A stretch of DNA of 64,000 nt from an uncultured Acidobacteriota bacterium. Lineage in GTDB: Bacteria; Acidobacteriota; JAQAZP01. A model generated the notes under the pieces. That model saw nothing but the letters and a program-made list of their open reading frames with translations. It did not search any database and was not told where the DNA came from. Location of the stretch: assembly GCA_963836075.1 (NCBI GenBank), contig CAWIIB010000001.1, positions 1,120,001-1,184,000 of the forward strand, in the 5' to 3' direction. The translations under genes were made by a program, and so were the position numbers. Position 1 is the stretch's first letter, and every line of letters begins with the position of its first letter. Shown in pieces: positions 22,747 through 31,994 of this stretch.

Positions 22747-23295
22747 TCACTCGGACTGCGTTTCCGGCGGGCAATCCACCGGCACGCCATGATCAAAACA
22801 ACTTCTGGCCCGCACGGCGCCCTTCTTCCAGACCGTCCAGGTCCCGTGGGGTTTGCCTTGGGCATACTGCTCTTCCTTGACCAGCTCACCCGCCTCGTTC
22901 CAGGTCCGGCAGGCGCCTTCCTTCAATCCCAAAACATAGAACTCCTCGATCCAGATCTCGCCGTTCATGTGCCAGCGGACCGCCCGGCCGTTCTTGCGGC
23001 CGTGATCGAAAACGGTCTCGTACTCCGGCAGGCCGTTCTCGTGCCAGCGGGCATAGACGCCGTGCTCCACGGGTGAGCCGTCGGCATCCCTGATCACCTG
23101 GTGGCGTATCCGGATGCCGCCGTCGGGCCAGAACTCTTCGAGAGTCTCGGTAACCTCGGCCGATGGGGGCTCAACCGATCCGGCCTCCGGCGCTTCGGAT
23201 GCGCTGGCTGGAGCCGTGTCCCGCACAGCGCCGCACCCTGCGGTCAGCAGGAGCACGATGAGGATAATCGGGAGATGACGATGGACAACCGGCAT
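22747..23295 (-). CDS. MORN-variant repeat (YwqK-like) lipoprotein
   Basis: Lipobox LTAGC; repeats HGVYARWHENG, NGRAVRWHMNG, EGACRTWNEAG, HGTWTVW. Confidence 0.8.
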   Translation of the reverse strand: MPVVHRHLPIILIVLLLTAGCGAVRDTAPASASEAPEAGSVEPPSAEVTETLEEFWPDGGIRIRHQVIRDADGSPVEHGVYARWHENGLPEYETVFDHGRKNGRAVRWHMNGEIWIEEFYVLGLKEGACRTWNEAGELVKEEQYAQGKPHGTWTVWKKGAVRARSCFDHGVPVDCPPETQSE

Positions 23296-23484
23296 GAAAA
23301 GCGCCCCGCGGGGATTCAGGGATTCAAAACAGCATGAATTCAGGCCGTGGTCTGATCGCTTGGGAATGGCGGTCAGGCAGGTGAACTCTACCGCTATGCT
23401 ACTGTTATAGTATAGGTTTATTGCCTCTTTCAGTCAACTCCTTGTTGATTCCATGAGCACATCGAGCCGCTGACCATCGCCCCT

Positions 23485-23512
23485 TCCCCGCCGCCGGAAC
23501 CGGCGGCGGGAG
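23485..23512 (-). terminator. GC-rich hairpin after cytochrome gene
   Basis: CCCGCCGCCGG-AA-CCGGCGGCGGG; no clear U-tract. Confidence 0.5.
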
Positions 23513-23524
23513 AACCGGTTCAGC

Positions 23525-26266
23525 TCATGGCGCGGTAGCGGTCACCGTACACTGGTCGGAGGCCACATCCCCGGCCGGCGAATAGGGCGGCTGGTTGTAG
23601 GGCACGGGAGTTACGTCCACGGCCACCAGGGTGAACTGGTTCTGTCCCACCAGTGAGCCCAGTCCGGGGAAATTCTGCTGCCAGCCGTTGGTGTATGACT
23701 CACCGGGGCTGAGATTGGTCCAGCCGGCCCGCCAGCTGGTGAACTGGCCGCCGCCGGCAATCACCACGTCGATTCGGGCTGCGGCGCGGCGGAAGGACGG
23801 GGCCAGGTTGTCGAGGTTGGCGCCCATGTAGAACGAGAAGGGCAGCGTCCCCGACTGGGGCAGGCACACCAGGTCCGCCCCCACGGTCTGCCCCATGGTC
23901 TCCAGGGCCACCGTGTCGGTCCAGACCACCTCCGGCGGACACTTTCCGTTGTCGTTCCACAGGTCATACATCTCCTGGCCGGTGGTGTCGGTGCTGTTCT
24001 CGTCACGGAGAAATTCCACGAACTCCCTGGTGGTACTCTGGTAATAGAGAGTGACCTCGACCGAGGCGGCCCCCTGGGGAATCATGTAGCTGCTATCGTC
24101 CCAGTAATGCCCGTCCGCATAGGTGTAGGCCACCGGCGCACCGCCGAACCCCTGGAAAGCGCTGTTGGTGAAACCCCGCGGCGGGATACGGTTGTCCTTG
24201 AACACCTTGTTGTTCAGGGCGAAGTGGTGCGACGGCCCGGGGCTGGCCCCAATCAGCGGTGCGGTGGTGGCGTCGAGGCCCAGCTCCGCCTGGTAGATCT
24301 TGACCTCGGCGTCATGGGTCAACGCACCGGTCAGCGGGTCGTAGGCGCCGCTCTCGGACAGCAGTGCCATTCCCTGGTCGTAGAACTTGACGTTGATCCA
24401 GAGACGACGCCCCTCGGGGTAGCCGGTGGGCAGTTTGTGCCCGGTTTCATTGGTCACCCTCACGTCCAGCAGAATGCCGTTCTGCACAGCGGTTACCGTG
24501 GCCGCGTTCTGCAGCATGTAGCGAGCCCGCAGGATGCCGGCCTGCATCGCCGCATCGTCCACGTCGTCTGGATAGAGACTTTCCAGCAGCCCGGGCAACC
24601 AGGTGCTGCCGCCGGTGAAATCATGCAGCGGCAGGTCGGTGCGGGTAAGCGGTGGTGAGCCGCGGACCGTACCGCCGATACCGGTGACGTCGCGCATGTG
24701 GCAGTCCTGGCAGATGGAGACGTAGTCGAGGTTTCCGCCGAACTGCGGGGCGTAAACACCGCCCGGCGTGTTGTAGTCGCTGTTCAGCCACTCGGAGTAG
24801 GTCCGCTCCAGGGCCATCAGGTTGCCCTTGCCAAAATCGGTGGCCGGGCTGTTGAAACTGTTGGGCAGAAAGTTGCCGCTGCCGTCGTTCTCGAACACCG
24901 GGTTGCTCACATCGTGGCAGGTGCCGCAGAGCGCCGCCTCCCGGTGGAAGGACGACTCGTAGATCGGGTGGGCCCGGTCGCCGTCGGAGTAGGGGCCACG
25001 ACGCTTCTCGCCGTCCGGGTCGAGGACATACATCGCGTTGCCGAACTCACTCGGTGATTCGTCCAGGTCGTTAAGAATGTCCCAGTCCACCGGGGGGTTG
25101 CCCGCGGAATAGACCGGGTCCACCATGCGGTGGCACTGGCCGCAGAACATGCCGGTGAGGTCGTCGTTCTCCAGCCGGCTGCCGTCGGTGGGTACCGAGC
25201 GGCCGGCCATCCAGCCCCGTGAGGTGTGGCACCGCAGGCAGAGGTCGCCGGAGTCAGGGACGAACTGGTTGCTCACCGACATGGCTGCCCGGAACAGCGG
25301 GTCCCTGGAGGCATGGGCCTTCATGCTGCCCTGCCAGTTGCGGTGCGGCTCGACGGCGTCGTCGTAGTCGCCGTGGCAGCCTGAACAGTCATCGGGGTGG
25401 AAGAGCATTCCGGTGTCAAAGGGCTGGCTTCCCGGCTGGTCGAAATCACGCAGTGTGGAGGCCACCACACCGCCCCCCGGGGAGACGATGGTGAAGGTAC
25501 CGTTGCTGTTGTCCTGGCCCACGTTCCAGGCCGTGTCGGTGGCCACGATCCGAATGCGGGCCTGGGTGGTGGGCCGGTTGGGCGGATACCAGGTGTAGCT
25601 GCCGGTGTCGGGAATGCTCTTGACCAGGGGCTGGTAGTTCGATCCGTTGTCCAGGGAAAGGTAGACGTCCACGCTGTGGATCGCACTGGCATCGCTGATC
25701 GACCACTGGACCGTGGCCCCAGCGTTGCCGGTGACCGTCTCCCCGCCGTTGGGCGCTATCACGGTGACGGAAGGTGGCGTCGAGTCGCCGCCGGTGGTGG
25801 GCACCAGGTGGCCGTTGATCTGGCTCAGGGTCACCAGAGTGGTCTGACCCACGTTGTTCGGAGTAAGCCCGGGGAAGGTGGGTGTGTTGGAATAGGTTGA
25901 GGTATCGGTGACTTCGGTGAGGGTGCTGAAACCATCGAGGTCGGGGTCCTGGTCGGCGATGGACAGGATCGCCGACTGGCGGCCCAGGGGGGTGTCGGTA
26001 AAGAAGTTGAGCGCCTCGTGGACCTTCACCCCGTAAGGGTTGCGCATGTAAATGCCGGTGAACTCGTAGTGACAGACGCCGCAGTGGTTCGGTTGGCTCC
26101 CCACCGTTTCGATGGTGGTGCCCACCGCACCGGGATAGACCACGTAGAAAGCGTCGCGATACTCTGGCCGGGCCTCTGCTTCCCTGGACGACAATCCGGC
26201 GGCAATCACCAGGACGGCCAGGAGCAGGATACAGAGATGGCGTGGGCAGATGGTGCGGAATGACAT
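23525..26266 (-). CDS. Secreted multiheme (6 CxxCH) c-type cytochrome with Ig-like and PYNQPP domains
   Basis: CGVCH, CSGCH, CLRCH, CGQCH, CGTCH, CQDCH; signal peptide; PSVTVIAPNGGE Ig-like module; GHKLPTG and KDNRIPPRG motifs. Confidence 0.9.
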   Translation of the reverse strand: MSFRTICPRHLCILLLAVLVIAAGLSSREAEARPEYRDAFYVVYPGAVGTTIETVGSQPNHCGVCHYEFTGIYMRNPYGVKVHEALNFFTDTPLGRQSAILSIADQDPDLDGFSTLTEVTDTSTYSNTPTFPGLTPNNVGQTTLVTLSQINGHLVPTTGGDSTPPSVTVIAPNGGETVTGNAGATVQWSISDASAIHSVDVYLSLDNGSNYQPLVKSIPDTGSYTWYPPNRPTTQARIRIVATDTAWNVGQDNSNGTFTIVSPGGGVVASTLRDFDQPGSQPFDTGMLFHPDDCSGCHGDYDDAVEPHRNWQGSMKAHASRDPLFRAAMSVSNQFVPDSGDLCLRCHTSRGWMAGRSVPTDGSRLENDDLTGMFCGQCHRMVDPVYSAGNPPVDWDILNDLDESPSEFGNAMYVLDPDGEKRRGPYSDGDRAHPIYESSFHREAALCGTCHDVSNPVFENDGSGNFLPNSFNSPATDFGKGNLMALERTYSEWLNSDYNTPGGVYAPQFGGNLDYVSICQDCHMRDVTGIGGTVRGSPPLTRTDLPLHDFTGGSTWLPGLLESLYPDDVDDAAMQAGILRARYMLQNAATVTAVQNGILLDVRVTNETGHKLPTGYPEGRRLWINVKFYDQGMALLSESGAYDPLTGALTHDAEVKIYQAELGLDATTAPLIGASPGPSHHFALNNKVFKDNRIPPRGFTNSAFQGFGGAPVAYTYADGHYWDDSSYMIPQGAASVEVTLYYQSTTREFVEFLRDENSTDTTGQEMYDLWNDNGKCPPEVVWTDTVALETMGQTVGADLVCLPQSGTLPFSFYMGANLDNLAPSFRRAAARIDVVIAGGGQFTSWRAGWTNLSPGESYTNGWQQNFPGLGSLVGQNQFTLVAVDVTPVPYNQPPYSPAGDVASDQCTVTATAP

Positions 26267-26393
26267 TCTCGACTTCCTTTCCCCGGGGGATTCACCGGAG
26301 GTCTGCTCCGGCACTGCTCAATCGGCGAGGAATATAAAACAATAATGGCAAGGACGGGTGGCCTGCCGAAACTGCCATTCCGCCCTGTTAGCT

Positions 26394-27948
26394 TCAATTT
26401 AGGTGGTGAGCACCCGGTACGTCAAGCAACGGCGGGCAATCCGTGCATTTTTTAAGGATGGTGATCGGCTTGTAGCCCCAGCCTTCAAACTGCTGCACCG
26501 ACCGGTACTGCAGGTCCCGGGTGACAATGAGGTGCGGCCGGTGTTGATGGAACAAAAAGTAATCCGGCTGGTGGAGCAGCAGGATATCTTTCTGATCCAG
26601 CTTCCTGCCGTCCAGCACCGACCGGGTGGTCAACCCCATGCGGTCCACCAGTCGAAGGTGGGAGTAGTATTTGAGGATTCCCACTTCCGACGAGGCCAGA
26701 GACTCACCGGCGGGGATGTTGCTGTTGAGCCACCGGGACAGGTTGAACAGGGCCTGGTAGCGCCGGCCAAGGTAGTGGATGTTGCGGTCCGCCCGCAGTG
26801 CGGCCATGGTCAGCCGGGCATCATGGGGAATGACCAGAAGGAGGTAGACCGCGGCCAGAACTGCCGCGGCCCAGGGTACTGCTCTCCTCAACCGTGATCC
26901 GGGACCGGAAAGACTCCTTCCCAGCAGGAACAGCAATGCTGTAAGCCCCACCAGAATGGCGAACCAGTGGAAAAATCGGGCGGAGAAGGTCTCCCAGGTG
27001 TGATATTTGGGGGCCCCGATCACGCTGTAGGCCAGCACCAGCATCCAGGGGTAGACCAGCAGGGCATACAGAAAGGGCAGATCTTCCCTCGTCCTGAACC
27101 GCAGCAGGCACGACGCGCTGAGCACGAACCCCACGGCAATGACCAGCAGGCGGAAGGGAATCAGTTCCAGCAGCCTCCGGTATTCAAAGACCTGAAAGAA
27201 GGTGAAGGTGAAATACTCGGCAAAGGGGCAGAACCTGGTCTTGGCGTAAAAGGTATTGGGCAGGATATCTCCGAAATAGAACCAGGAGAAGACGAGCCAG
27301 ACAACACCGGGAATGATGAACCAGAGCAGGCTGCGCCACTGGCGGCAGCCCCTGCTGAGCAGCATTACCGGCAGGACGAGGACCAGGGCATCGGGTCGAA
27401 AGAGACAGGCCAGGGCGGCCAGACCACAGGCGGTGCGAAACCGGCGGCAGCGCAGGGCTTCGAGAAAGGCCAACTGGGAAAAGATCAAACCGTGGGTCTC
27501 CAGGCAGATCATGTACCTGGCTGCCGATGGGTCCGGACAGGTGGTGCAGCGCCAGCAGCACGCCGGCCAGGGGGTGAAACCAGGCGCCAACCAGGCGGAA
27601 GATCAGGAACGCACTGAGGGTGATGAACAGGACACCGCAGAACTGGCCGGCCAGACTGGTCTCCGCGCCGGCCAGGGTGCACCCGGCCAGCAGGAAGGTT
27701 TGAGCGGGCGAGGTGAAACCCCAGACCCGTTCCCCCTCGTTAAAGACCAGCCCGCGGCCCTCGGCCAGATTCCGTGCATAGACAAAGGCGATGTAGGCGT
27801 CATCCATCCATGGCTCGACCCCGTTGCGCTGCATGAACTCGAACAGCGCCGCGCCACAACAGAGGAGCAGGATGATGACCGCCAGCAGGAGAGCGCCACG
27901 GCTCTTCTTTGACCCGGTGAAAAGCCAATTCAGATTCATATTGACCAT
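26394..27948 (-). CDS. Multi-pass membrane protein, GT-C/arabinofuranosyltransferase-like (frameshifted near 27530)
   Basis: DDAYIAFVYARNLAEGRGLVFNEGERVWGFTSP, then LET, RPDA, YFGDILPNTFYAK and GILKYY...DRMGL in the +1 frame. Confidence 0.75.
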
Positions 27949-27976
27949 TTTCCGAAGCCGCCGGCCGGATCAGGAA

Positions 27977-28378
27977 TCAACCGTGATCGGCTCCCTGCAG
28001 CAGGACACTCCTGGTTCGGGGGCCGTCGAACTCGCAGAAGAAGATACCCTGCCAGGTTCCCAGCTGCAGCTGGCCACCTTCGACGATGACCTGCACCGAA
28101 GAGCCCATCAGGCTGGCCTTGACATGGGCTGCCGTGTTGCCCTCGCCGTGCCGGTAGCCGCCGGTCCAGGGCACCATCCGGTCGAGCACCAGTTCCATGT
28201 CGGCCATCACTGCCGGGTCCGCATGCTCGTTGATCGTCACCCCCGCCGTGGTGTGGGGCACGAAAACGGTGATGACCCCTGCTTCGATGTCCAGCCGGTC
28301 CACGGCCTGGCGTACTTCACCGGTGATCTCCACGAAATCGGTCCGCTTCCTCGTTTTTACCGTCAGTTTTGTCTTCAT
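27977..28378 (-). CDS. yjbQ: YjbQ/UPF0047 family protein
   Basis: VPHTTAGVTINE, YRHGEGNTAAHVKASL, LGTWQGIFFCEFDGPR. Confidence 0.95.
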   Translation of the reverse strand: MKTKLTVKTRKRTDFVEITGEVRQAVDRLDIEAGVITVFVPHTTAGVTINEHADPAVMADMELVLDRMVPWTGGYRHGEGNTAAHVKASLMGSSVQVIVEGGQLQLGTWQGIFFCEFDGPRTRSVLLQGADHG

Positions 28379-28452
28379 CCGCTCATGCTACCTGGCGGAC
28401 GCAGGTCTGACAACCCTCGATGGATACCCGCGGCCAGACTGCTGTACACAAC

Positions 28453-28480
28453 GGGGCCCGGGAGATCACTCCCGGGCCCC
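28453..28480 (-). terminator. Hairpin downstream of C25 gene
   Basis: GGGGCCCGGGAG-ATCA-CTCCCGGGCCCC. Confidence 0.7.
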
Positions 28481-28513
28481 GGTTGGAGTTTTAGTTGTCA
28501 GGCCGCACCCAGT

Positions 28514-31424
28514 TCAGGGCGCCGTAGCGGTCACCGTGCAGGCATCGCTGTCGGTGTCGCCGGAAGGCGCGAAGGGCGGCTGGTTGTACGGAGCCGGAGT
28601 CACGTCAACACCGGTCAGGGTGAAGACGTTGCTGCCCACCATGGACGCCAGACCCGGCAGGTTCTGGGTCCACATGTTGCTGAAGACTTCGCCGCTGCTG
28701 AGATTGGTCCAGCCGGCACGCCAGTTGGTGTACGAGCTGCCGTTGCCGATCACCATGTCGATCCGGCCGGCGGCCCGGCGGTTCTCGGTGGTCAGGTTGG
28801 CCAGCGACACCGCCATCTGGGTGGCGAAGGGCAGCACGCCGCTGTCCGGGGTGCAGCCGATGGTCACCTGCACCGTGTCGGTGGGCGGGGTGACATCGTC
28901 GCCCACACCCCAGATCTCCACGTCGTCGATGTTCCAGCCGGAATACTGCCAGCTGCTGTCGGTGGTCCCCTGGGTCCAGCGCAGATAGACCGTGGACTGC
29001 CCGTCGGCCACGGACGAGATGTCGTATTCCTGGAGGCCCCAGCTGGAGTCGGTTACCTCGGCAGTGTTCTGCCAGATGGTTGTCCAGGTGGACCCGTTGT
29101 TGCTCACCCGCACGTAGGCGTGATCGTAGGTCGGGGTTTCGACGTTGAGATAGCGCTGGAACTTGAGGATCGTGTCGTAGAGCTCGCTGCAGTCGATGGC
29201 GGTGGAAGTGAGGTGCGTCTCGGCCATGCTGTTTTCGTAGTCACCGGCAAGGTTGTAGCCGTAGACGTTGGGCCCGGTGGCGCCGCTGGTGGGATCGGGG
29301 TTGCCATACTGGCCGCCGCCGCCGGTGGGTGTGCCGTAGGCCCAGGAACCGGCGGTGGTCCAGCCGGGGTTGGTGCTCATGTCAAAGGTGTACTGCACCA
29401 CCGGCACACCGACGGTCAGCTGGCAGGTACGGGTGCAGTCGCCGTCGTGGTTGGTGGTGTTGACGAAGTCGATGTCGCCGAAGTAGGCGCCGTTGGCCAT
29501 GGTGTCGGCGGCGCTGGTGATCGAGACAGTGACCTCGACGGTGCCGCTGGAGGGGATGGTGCCCGACGTGCTGTCCAGGTCGAGCCAGGCCACACTCTCG
29601 CTGGCGGTGAAGTTGATCGGGCTCATCTCGTAGTTGGTCAGGGTGAAGGTCAGGCTGTCCGGCGTGAACGGTCCGCCGTTGGCCCCCTCGGAGATCAGGC
29701 CGCTGCCCGGCGTGACCTTCATCCCGGTGGGCGGGGCGGTGGTGCCCACCACCCGCAGCGACGGGTCGCCGAAGACGTGCCAGGTGTCATACATGCTCAC
29801 TCCGCCGGAACCGTATTCGTCGATCATCGAGCAGGAACCGGCAAAGCAGAGGGCGCCGTAGGTGTTGTAGGTCCCGGCCAGATACGCGGCGTTGAAGTGG
29901 TCCTGGCCTTCCATGGGCGGGTCCCAGGACTGGTTGATCGAGCTCATATACGCCCCCACCGCGCCGGTGGGCTCGCTGCCGTTGGTCGCCCGCAGCCAGG
30001 CCTCGGCAAAGCAGGTGTAGCCGTCGAACTGGCCGTTGACACAGGCCACCGAAACGATGAAGGGCAGCAGGTTGTCGTTGGTCAGGGCGTTGACATTGGT
30101 GTTGGAGAAGCCGGTGCTGCTCCAGGAGGTGGTTGAGCCGTGGCCGGTGTAGTTGATGATTCCGCGGCCGGCATTGAGGCCGCTGGTCACCTGGGCCGCC
30201 GTGCCGCTGGGGTCGTAGATCTGGTCCACCAGCGTGTAGTCGCCGGCCAGCATGTCGGCGCGGATGTTGTTCAGGTGCTCGTTGTCATACTCGCCGTCGT
30301 CGCCCGGGCCCTGGTTCGAAGCCACGCCCATACCCCGCCAGAACCATGTTTCCATGGTGGCCTGGTTGTCCTCGTATTCAACCGTGCGCTCCACCTGGGT
30401 GTCCACGTCGGCCGCCGTCTCGGCGGAGAACCGGCCGACAAAGATGTCGGGGTAGTCGTCACCGCCGGCCACCTTGGCGTAACTGGGATCGGAGGACCCA
30501 CCCGAGGCCGACGGCGTGTCCACCTGGGCCCCGTCACCCACCAGCAGCACAAAGGCCAGGTCGCTGGTGTTGTAGACCGTCTGGATGTGGCTGGCGATGG
30601 AGGCAGCGTTGTTGCCGATGACGGAAACCGGCACCACCGAAGCGGGGATGCCGATGGAGGTCTTGTGGTCGGCCAGCACCTGGGCGTTGGCCGTCCAGGC
30701 ATCGTGGCAGATGATCAGCATGTCGCCGGCCTCGTCCAGCGGAGCGTAACGGCCGTCAAGGTTGTAGTTGATGAAATGGCCGCCATAGATGTCGTGGAAC
30801 GAACCGTTGAGCTTTCTCTGGTGGGACCGCTCCAGCACGTTCACCTGGCCCGGGCCGTCGGCGACCACTTCCACGGTCATCGAGGTGTAGACGCGGAGCA
30901 CGCGCTGCACCGGGTTGTACTGGAAGGGGTTCACCGTCACCACCACGCCGCGGTGGTCGCGCATGATATAGGGCTCGCGCAGCTGCGCCAGGTCGGCGGG
31001 CCAGAAGGCGTTCTCTTGGTAGGCCTTGCCAAAGGTGAAGGGCACGCTGTCCTTGTCCACGGTGCGCAGAACAAACCCCTTGGAGGGGGCCACGTCCATA
31101 CCGTCTGATCTCGTAGTAGCGGCTGTCCAGCACGCGCAAGGCCATCCTGGCGTTGTCAGGGATGATCACGCTGCGTGACACGTCGGGCAGCGCCGGCAGG
31201 CCGGCCTCGTGCTTCAGGCTCTCCTTGCCGAGGCTGAGCGTCGCGTACGGGGTGCCGTCGATCAGCACCTTCTGCTGGCCAAAACCGTCAAAGCTGTAGT
31301 CGATGACCACACGGTCGGCGCCGTTCTCCAGGACGGTGACGCCCACCGGCTCAACGGCCCAGGCCCCGGCGGCCAGGCCGGAGACCAGCAAAAGAATAAT
31401 GAACAGGGGAAATCTGCTGCGCAT
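28514..31424 (-). CDS. Gingipain-like C25 cysteine protease (propeptide + C25 + BACON-like + adhesin-like + PYNQPP domain), frameshifted near 31105
   Basis: Propeptide (GLPALP, DVAPSKG, PFQYNP); C25 core LLVGD, PDIFVGRF, NYTGHGS (His), SVACVNG (Cys), FGDPSL. Confidence 0.9.
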
Positions 31425-31994
31425 TGGAAAGACCTCCAGAAACGAATTATGATCTAGCCATGAAATCGGGACCGCCTTGTTTGATGGCTGGCGGTCGGAT
31501 CGATCGCTGAGGAAACCGGGTGTCCTAGCCTCCCTTCCTACACCGCCAGGATTCGGGATTACAATGGTTTTGATTCTGCATTGCTATTTCATGTCCGCCC
31601 GCGCGTGGCTGGCGAAACAAAGTACACCGCAAAGGGAAGGACCGGGAGGTCAGGCAGGAAGGAGAGGTCGGTAGTTCGATAGATCTCGGATTCATCAGGC
31701 CTGTCTGCAATGGATCACGCCATGGTGAACTGCACCACGGATGGCTATTCATCCTGCGGCTCGTTAGTGAAGCACCAGGAGCACGGTTCGCGCGCAACTT
31801 CGTCCAACTGCCTATTAAAATATAAATAATTTCCCCAAAAGTCAATACCTTTTCAAACAGTTAGCGGTCGAGGATAAACTGATTGTTGATAAAACACCTG
31901 CGGGAGTGGACAATCCGAGGAAACTTGGGAGGTAAGGAACGGAAAGAACATTGGGATCCCGGTTATTGCCATCCCGGACATGTATCGACATTAT

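Noticed and set aside
22747-23295. YwqK-like antitoxin implying a TA or polymorphic toxin pair
   Set aside because: MORN-variant repeats are generic, and no toxin gene is adjacent.
27824-30136. 770-aa plus-strand ORF and the many other long antisense ORFs
   Set aside because: Shadow frames of real genes in high-GC DNA; no motifs, biased composition.
31600-31690. GGCGAAAC...GCAAAG resembling a c-di-GMP-I riboswitch
   Set aside because: I could not build the P1/P2 stems, and it lies on the wrong strand for the C25 gene.
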